A stretch of 63,432 nt of DNA, the filler included, from an uncultured bacterium (GTDB lineage: Bacteria > CAYJRR01), in assembly GCA_964372275.1 (NCBI GenBank). It is 4 parts of 4 records of this genome, joined end to end, with 100 filler letters (N's around TTAATTAATTAA, not from the genome) between each part and the next. Parts side by side here need not be neighbours in the genome. Positions count along the whole stretch, not along the records: positions 47,862 to 63,432 come from CAYJRR010000107.1; 3 more parts are not named here. The stretch is one strand, 5' to 3'. Position numbers and translations under genes: made by a program. Under the pieces are notes generated by a model, which was given only the letters and a program-made list of their open reading frames with translations, made no database searches and was not told where the DNA came from. Of the stretch, positions 58,802 through 63,432 are shown piece by piece. Numbering within the stretch: the stretch's first letter is position 1; the number at the start of each line of letters is the position of its first letter.

Positions 58802-61726
58802 ATGTCGGAGCGATTTCACTCGATTCAGGTCCGGGCGGAGGACGCGGCCGACGTGGCGCTGGCGATCGCCCGGCGATTCCGCGCGCTCGGATGGAAGGTG
58901 GTCCGCGATCCGAAGGGTCGGGGGACCCCCACCCAAGGCGGTGATCCCGACGGATTGCGGCGGTTCCTCATCTCCTCTTCCGACCGCGGCTGGGTGACGA
59001 TCCTCCCGTCCGGCGTGACCGAGTCGGGGCCGGACTCGCTGGTGGCGTTCCTGGCGCGCGAGCTCGACGCCCTGGCGTTGTGGGTCGAGCGCCGGCGTGA
59101 CGGCGCGGCCGACGAGATCCTCTCCTACGAGGTCTACTGGAAGAACAAGCGGATCGATCGGCAGGATCTCCCGCAGGCCACGTCCGGACGGGCGCCGTCG
59201 AGCTACCCGACGCTGATCGACGCCGATCTGGGGAGCTTGAGCCTGTTCATGACCGGGGGCCTCAAGCACCCGAAGCTGACCGTCGCGGAGCTGCCCCGCT
59301 TCTATCCCAAGTACGCCGGGGAGAAGGCCTACCTCGGGCGGTTCAAGAAGCTGGTGACGGCGGCCGACTACCCGCTCCTGTGGGGCGACTACGGCATGGT
59401 GTTCGACGTCGCGGCCCCGGAGGCGGAGCGACTGGAGACGTGGGGACACCTGGGCTTCCAACGCGAGGACGGCCGCAGCGCGGCGGCGCGCCTGACGCAC
59501 GGCGATCCGGCGGCGCGGCGGAGCGCGGTCGAGGCGCTGGCCTCGTGCGCGCTGGAGGAGGCGCGACCCGGACTGCAGGCGGCGCTGGCCGACGACGACG
59601 CCGAGGTGCGGCTCGCGGCGGCGACGGTGCTCGTCACACGGCCCGACCGCGCGCTGGCGCAGGACCTGGGCGACCGCATGGCGGACGAGGACACGCGGGT
59701 GCGCATCGCCGCGGCCAAGGCGCTGCGCGATCTGGCGGCCCCCGAGACGGCCGAGGCGCTGGTCGAGGTCGCGGCCGATCCCGACGTCGAGCTGCGCCGG
59801 GCGGCGGTGGCGGCGCTGTCGAACATCCCCCTGCCGGCGGCGCGCGCGGCGCTGCTGACGGCCGCGCGGAAGGACAAGGATCCCGAGGTCCGCCGGTGGG
59901 CGGCCGAGGGGCTCGCTCGCGCGCCGTTCGCGGAGGTGACCACGGAGCTGATCAAGCTCCTGCGCGACGCGGTTCCGGGGGTGCGGGCGGCGGCCGTTCG
60001 CGCCGCGGTGGCGGCGCCGGAGCGTCCGGCGAAGCTGCCGGCGAAGCTGGTGGACGAGCTTCGTCGCATCGCGACCGGCGACAAGGACGAACCGACCCGC
60101 GCCGAAGCGGTGCGGGCGATTCGCGCGCTCCTTCCCGACGACAAGGAGGCGCGCGAGTTGGCGACGCGGCTGCTCGCCGCCACCGCCCGCAGCGGCGACC
60201 TCAAGGAGCTGGCGATCCGGCTTCCGAGGGAGGCGGTTTTCACCGACCGGGACAAGCGGATCGTCGCGGCGCTGATCAAGCGTCTGGAGGCGGAGCCGAG
60301 TGCGGACGTGATCGCGGCGCTCGGAAACCAGGCCGGGATCCCGGGCGAGAACCCGCGTCTACTCGAGTCGCTGAAGTCGGTGATGCCGCGCCTGTGGTCG
60401 AAGGAGGAGCCGACGGCGGCCGGCGCCAAACCGGTCGACCTGCCGGCGGCCGCCGCCGCGCGCGGGGCGCTGCTCTATGCCTTCTCCCGCATCGGCGATC
60501 CCTCGATCTTCGGACTGTTTCTGAAGGTCCTGGAGTTGGAGCGAGGGCGCAAGGTCTCGGACGATCCGGCGGCCGCGCTCGCCGACGAAGCGTCGCGTCT
60601 GTCGACCTGCTTCGCCGCGATCGAGGCGCTCCTGGAGCAGGTGTCGACGCTCAAGCCGGACCTGATGAACAAGCTTCGCGAGCGTCTGGTCGCGTGGCTC
60701 GGGCCGGGAGCGACCGAAGTCGACGCGGCGCAGGCGACGATGCGGCGCGTGGCCCTCTACGCCTTCGCCGCCCCCGGACCGATGCCGGCGACGGCCAAGG
60801 CGGAGCCGGGGGAGGCCAACCCGGAGGCGCGTGCGCGCGGAACGACCGTCGCGAAGCCCCTCCCGGTGGCGGCGCCGCCGGTGCTGCCGAACAAGGAGAT
60901 CCTCCCCTTCGTGCGGACGCTGTTCCACGACGTGCGCTGGCCGGAGGCGGCCCAGGTCCTCGCCCGACAGCTCGGGACGAAGGCCGTTCCGCCGCTGCTG
61001 TCGGCGTTGAAAAAGAGCATCGACAAGGAGGTCCGCCTCGCCAAGAAGGGGGGCTACTCCAAGCGCGACGCCGAGCGCGTGCTGGCGCACCGCCGCGGGA
61101 TCGTTCTCGCGCTCCGCGAACTGAGGGACAACACCTCGGTCCCGGTGCTGGCGCGTCTGCTGGCGCTGGAGAGCCTGCGCGCGGGCAAGATCGAGCGAAA
61201 GCTCGAATCGAGCCTCCTGTCGGTCACGATCAACACCTTGCAGACGATCACGGGGTTCAAGTTCGGCGCCGAGCCGCAGCGCTGGCAGGAGGTGGCGTCC
61301 GGCAAGGTGCCGGCCGCGTCCGCGCCGGGCGCGAAGGCGACGACGCCGAAGCCGACTCCGGCCGCGCACGCGCGCTCGGGATCGGGCGCGGTGAAGGCGG
61401 GGGCTGCGAAGGCGGCGAATGGAGCGGCGACGAAGGGGTCGTCGAGCGCCGTCGCGGCGAAGGCGGGGGCCAAGGCGATCCCGGGCGCGTCGTCGTCCGC
61501 GAAGGGCTCGGCCGCCAAGCCGGCCGTTCGCGCCAAGGCGCCGCTCCGCCCGATCTCCAAGTCCAAGATCGCCGCGCGCCCGCCGATGGTGGCGAAGAAG
61601 CGCCCGGTCTCCGCAAAGGGGAAGCCGGTGAAGGCGAAGCTCACCCGGAAGCCGGCAAAGTCGACCGGCGCCCGCCGCCTGAACCACCCCAAGCGCATGG
61701 CCGCCCGCGCGGCGCGGCGGCGGTAG
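58802..61726 (+). CDS. HEAT-repeat protein with unknown N-terminal domain and Lys/Ala/Pro-rich tail
   Basis: Repeated L.D.D..VR.AA..AL units; last ~135 aa are low-complexity and basic. Confidence 0.8.
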   Translation: MSERFHSIQVRAEDAADVALAIARRFRALGWKVVRDPKGRGTPTQGGDPDGLRRFLISSSDRGWVTILPSGVTESGPDSLVAFLARELDALALWVERRRDGAADEILSYEVYWKNKRIDRQDLPQATSGRAPSSYPTLIDADLGSLSLFMTGGLKHPKLTVAELPRFYPKYAGEKAYLGRFKKLVTAADYPLLWGDYGMVFDVAAPEAERLETWGHLGFQREDGRSAAARLTHGDPAARRSAVEALASCALEEARPGLQAALADDDAEVRLAAATVLVTRPDRALAQDLGDRMADEDTRVRIAAAKALRDLAAPETAEALVEVAADPDVELRRAAVAALSNIPLPAARAALLTAARKDKDPEVRRWAAEGLARAPFAEVTTELIKLLRDAVPGVRAAAVRAAVAAPERPAKLPAKLVDELRRIATGDKDEPTRAEAVRAIRALLPDDKEARELATRLLAATARSGDLKELAIRLPREAVFTDRDKRIVAALIKRLEAEPSADVIAALGNQAGIPGENPRLLESLKSVMPRLWSKEEPTAAGAKPVDLPAAAAARGALLYAFSRIGDPSIFGLFLKVLELERGRKVSDDPAAALADEASRLSTCFAAIEALLEQVSTLKPDLMNKLRERLVAWLGPGATEVDAAQATMRRVALYAFAAPGPMPATAKAEPGEANPEARARGTTVAKPLPVAAPPVLPNKEILPFVRTLFHDVRWPEAAQVLARQLGTKAVPPLLSALKKSIDKEVRLAKKGGYSKRDAERVLAHRRGIVLALRELRDNTSVPVLARLLALESLRAGKIERKLESSLLSVTINTLQTITGFKFGAEPQRWQEVASGKVPAASAPGAKATTPKPTPAAHARSGSGAVKAGAAKAANGAATKGSSSAVAAKAGAKAIPGASSSAKGSAAKPAVRAKAPLRPISKSKIAARPPMVAKKRPVSAKGKPVKAKLTRKPAKSTGARRLNHPKRMAARAARRR

Positions 61727-61877
61727 GCGTCACTGCGAGCGATGGGCTGCCCGGGCGCTGACGGCCCTGGCTCGGCCGGGCTGTCCGACGGAGCCTACGC
61801 CTCGGTGCTCGCTGCACCCGAAATCACAGCAAGAATCGGGTCGCGGCTCCCGCCCGGCCCGGGTACTACTTGGCGGC

Positions 61878-62687
61878 ATGACGATCACCGCGATGAACCG
61901 CCGTTACGAGTACCTCCTGGGTGACTCCCCGCGCGAGACTGAGCGCCTGCGCGCCCAGGCCGAGCTGTGGAACCCGGTGTCCTTCGACCTGTTCGATCGT
62001 CTCGGCATCAAGCGCGGTTGGAAGGTGCTGGAGGTCGGCCCCGGCCAGGGTTCGCTGCACCTGGAGCTGCGGCGGCGCATCGGCGGTCCGGTCGATGCCG
62101 TCGAGCGCTCGCCCGTCTTCGTCCAGCGGCTGCGCGTGGCGTGCGAGCGCGACGGGCTTGGCGCTCCCCACATCTGGGCGTCTGATCTCATCGACGCCGC
62201 GCTCCCGAAGGCTCGCTACGACCTGATCTTCGCCCGCTGGGTTTTTCTGTTTCTGCCGCGGCCGGCGGCCCATCTCGCCAAGCTCGTTCGGGCGCTGAAG
62301 CCCGGCGGGTTGATCGCCCTCCAGGATTACCACCGTGAGACGCTGGACATGGTCCCGCGCCCGCCCGAGTGGAAGGCGTTCCTCGAGGCCGACCGTGCCT
62401 TCTTCGCCTCCCAGGAGGGCGACGCCAGCATCGGCAGCATGCTCCCGAATCTGTTCCGCCAGGCGGGGCTGGCGCTCGTGGAGACGAACGCCACGCTGAA
62501 GGTCGGTCACCCCGGCTCGCCGACCTGGAGCTGGCTGACCGACTACTTTCTGGGCGTGATGGACCGGCTTGGCGAATTCGCGACCCTCGAGCGCCGGTGG
62601 CGCGCGGCGGCGCGGGACCCGAGCTCGCTGCTGGTCGCGCCTACGGTCCTCGACGTCGTCGGGCGGAAGCCGCGGAGGACGCGCTGA
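61878..62687 (+). CDS. Class I SAM-dependent methyltransferase (alternative start 61893)
   Basis: ETERLRAQA, VLEVGPGQG, YDLIFARWV, LKPGG. Confidence 0.88.
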   Translation: MTITAMNRRYEYLLGDSPRETERLRAQAELWNPVSFDLFDRLGIKRGWKVLEVGPGQGSLHLELRRRIGGPVDAVERSPVFVQRLRVACERDGLGAPHIWASDLIDAALPKARYDLIFARWVFLFLPRPAAHLAKLVRALKPGGLIALQDYHRETLDMVPRPPEWKAFLEADRAFFASQEGDASIGSMLPNLFRQAGLALVETNATLKVGHPGSPTWSWLTDYFLGVMDRLGEFATLERRWRAAARDPSSLLVAPTVLDVVGRKPRRTR

Positions 62688-63432
62688 TGCCGTCCGACTA
62701 TGCGCGGGTCGAGCGCGCCATCCGCTACCTCGACGAGCACGTGACCGACCAGCCGGCCCTGACCGACGTCGCCGACCATGTGGGCCTCAGCCCGTTCTAC
62801 TTCCAGCGGCTGTTCAAGCGTTGGGCGGGCGTGACACCGAAGTCCTTCCTTCAGCACGCGACGCTCGTCCGCGCCAAGCAGCTCCTCCGCGGGCGCGAGA
62901 GCGTGCTTCAGAGCAGCCTGGATCTCGGCCTGTCGAGCCCGAGCCGTCTGCATGACTTGTTCGTCACCGTCGAGGCGATGACGCCGGGCGAATTCAGGTC
63001 CGGCGCCATCCTACTTCGCTGGGCGGTCCACGCGACCCCGTTCGGCGACGCCGTCTTTGTCGCCACGGAGCGCGGACTGTGCGGTCTCGCGTTCACGGGC
63101 GCGAAGGGGTTCCTCGAAGCATCCTGGCCGGGCGCGGCGCTTCGGCATGATCCGGCTTTCACGCGCCCGTACGCCCAGGAGCTCGCGGCGCGCGTGCGCG
63201 GCTCGCCGGAGAGACCGTTGTCCCTGTTGCTCAGGGGCACGCCGTTCCAGCTCCAGGTGTGGGCGGCGCTCCTCCGCGTTCCCGAGGGCGAGCTCGTCAC
63301 GTACGGCCAGCTCGCGGCCGCGCTCGGCTCCCTGGGAGCCTCACGCGCCGTCGGGTCGGCCGTCGGCTCGAACCTGATCGCCTATCTCGTCCCGTGCCAC
63401 CGCGTGATCCGGTCGACCGGGGCGCTCGGCGG
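62687..63432 (+). CDS. ada: AraC-HTH plus methylated-DNA-protein-cysteine methyltransferase (Ada-like, no N-terminal Zn domain); 3' truncated, absent from ORF track
   Basis: Manual translation MPSDYARVERAI..GLSPFYFQRLFKRWAGVTPK..SRLHDLF..GTPFQLQVW..RAVGSAVGSN..VPCHRV. Confidence 0.9.
   Translation, partial: MPSDYARVERAIRYLDEHVTDQPALTDVADHVGLSPFYFQRLFKRWAGVTPKSFLQHATLVRAKQLLRGRESVLQSSLDLGLSSPSRLHDLFVTVEAMTPGEFRSGAILLRWAVHATPFGDAVFVATERGLCGLAFTGAKGFLEASWPGAALRHDPAFTRPYAQELAARVRGSPERPLSLLLRGTPFQLQVWAALLRVPEGELVTYGQLAAALGSLGASRAVGSAVGSNLIAYLVPCHRVIRSTGALG

Noticed and set aside
58802-61726. HEAT protein as an AlkC/AlkD glycosylase because it lies near ada
   Set aside because: Much larger, with generic PBS-lyase-type repeats and no AlkD motif that I can recognise.

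Overview
High-GC (roughly 70% by eye) bacterial DNA, most consistent with a Myxococcota/deltaproteobacterial-type genome (MYXO-CTERM-like tail, TIGR04551-like barrel, FHA-DUF4388 protein, Tad gene order). The window is four ~15.6-16 kb contigs joined by artificial 100-nt N/TTAATTAATTAA linkers, so adjacency across linkers means nothing. Contig 1 (1-15989): prkA-yeaH-spoVR, ybaK-like, GT2, FHA-DUF4388, DUF2934, a three-gene unit (DUF2064 transferase; PqqD-like/radical SAM/Cys-less SPASM/ArsM fusion; PiT transporter) and oppABCDF, whose OppA carries an RRM-like insertion. Contig 2 (16090-31908): two giant surface proteins, one with four FG-GAP propellers each nested inside an Ig-like repeat, one with 23 alternating Ig-like repeats. 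Contig 3 (32009-47761): dnaA/rpmH-rnpA-yidD-yidC-mnmE region, AMIN protein, orphan solute-binding protein plus histidine kinase operon, barrel-lipoprotein-lysA-dapF. Contig 4 (47862-63432): Tad/Flp pilus genes, secreted lipoproteins, a HEAT protein with an H1-like tail, and a methyltransferase plus Ada-like gene. The best candidate for an undescribed system is the DUF2064 / radical SAM-ArsM fusion / PiT unit, a putative organoarsenical (arsenosugar-like) pathway. All calls come from motif recognition by eye; no searches were run.
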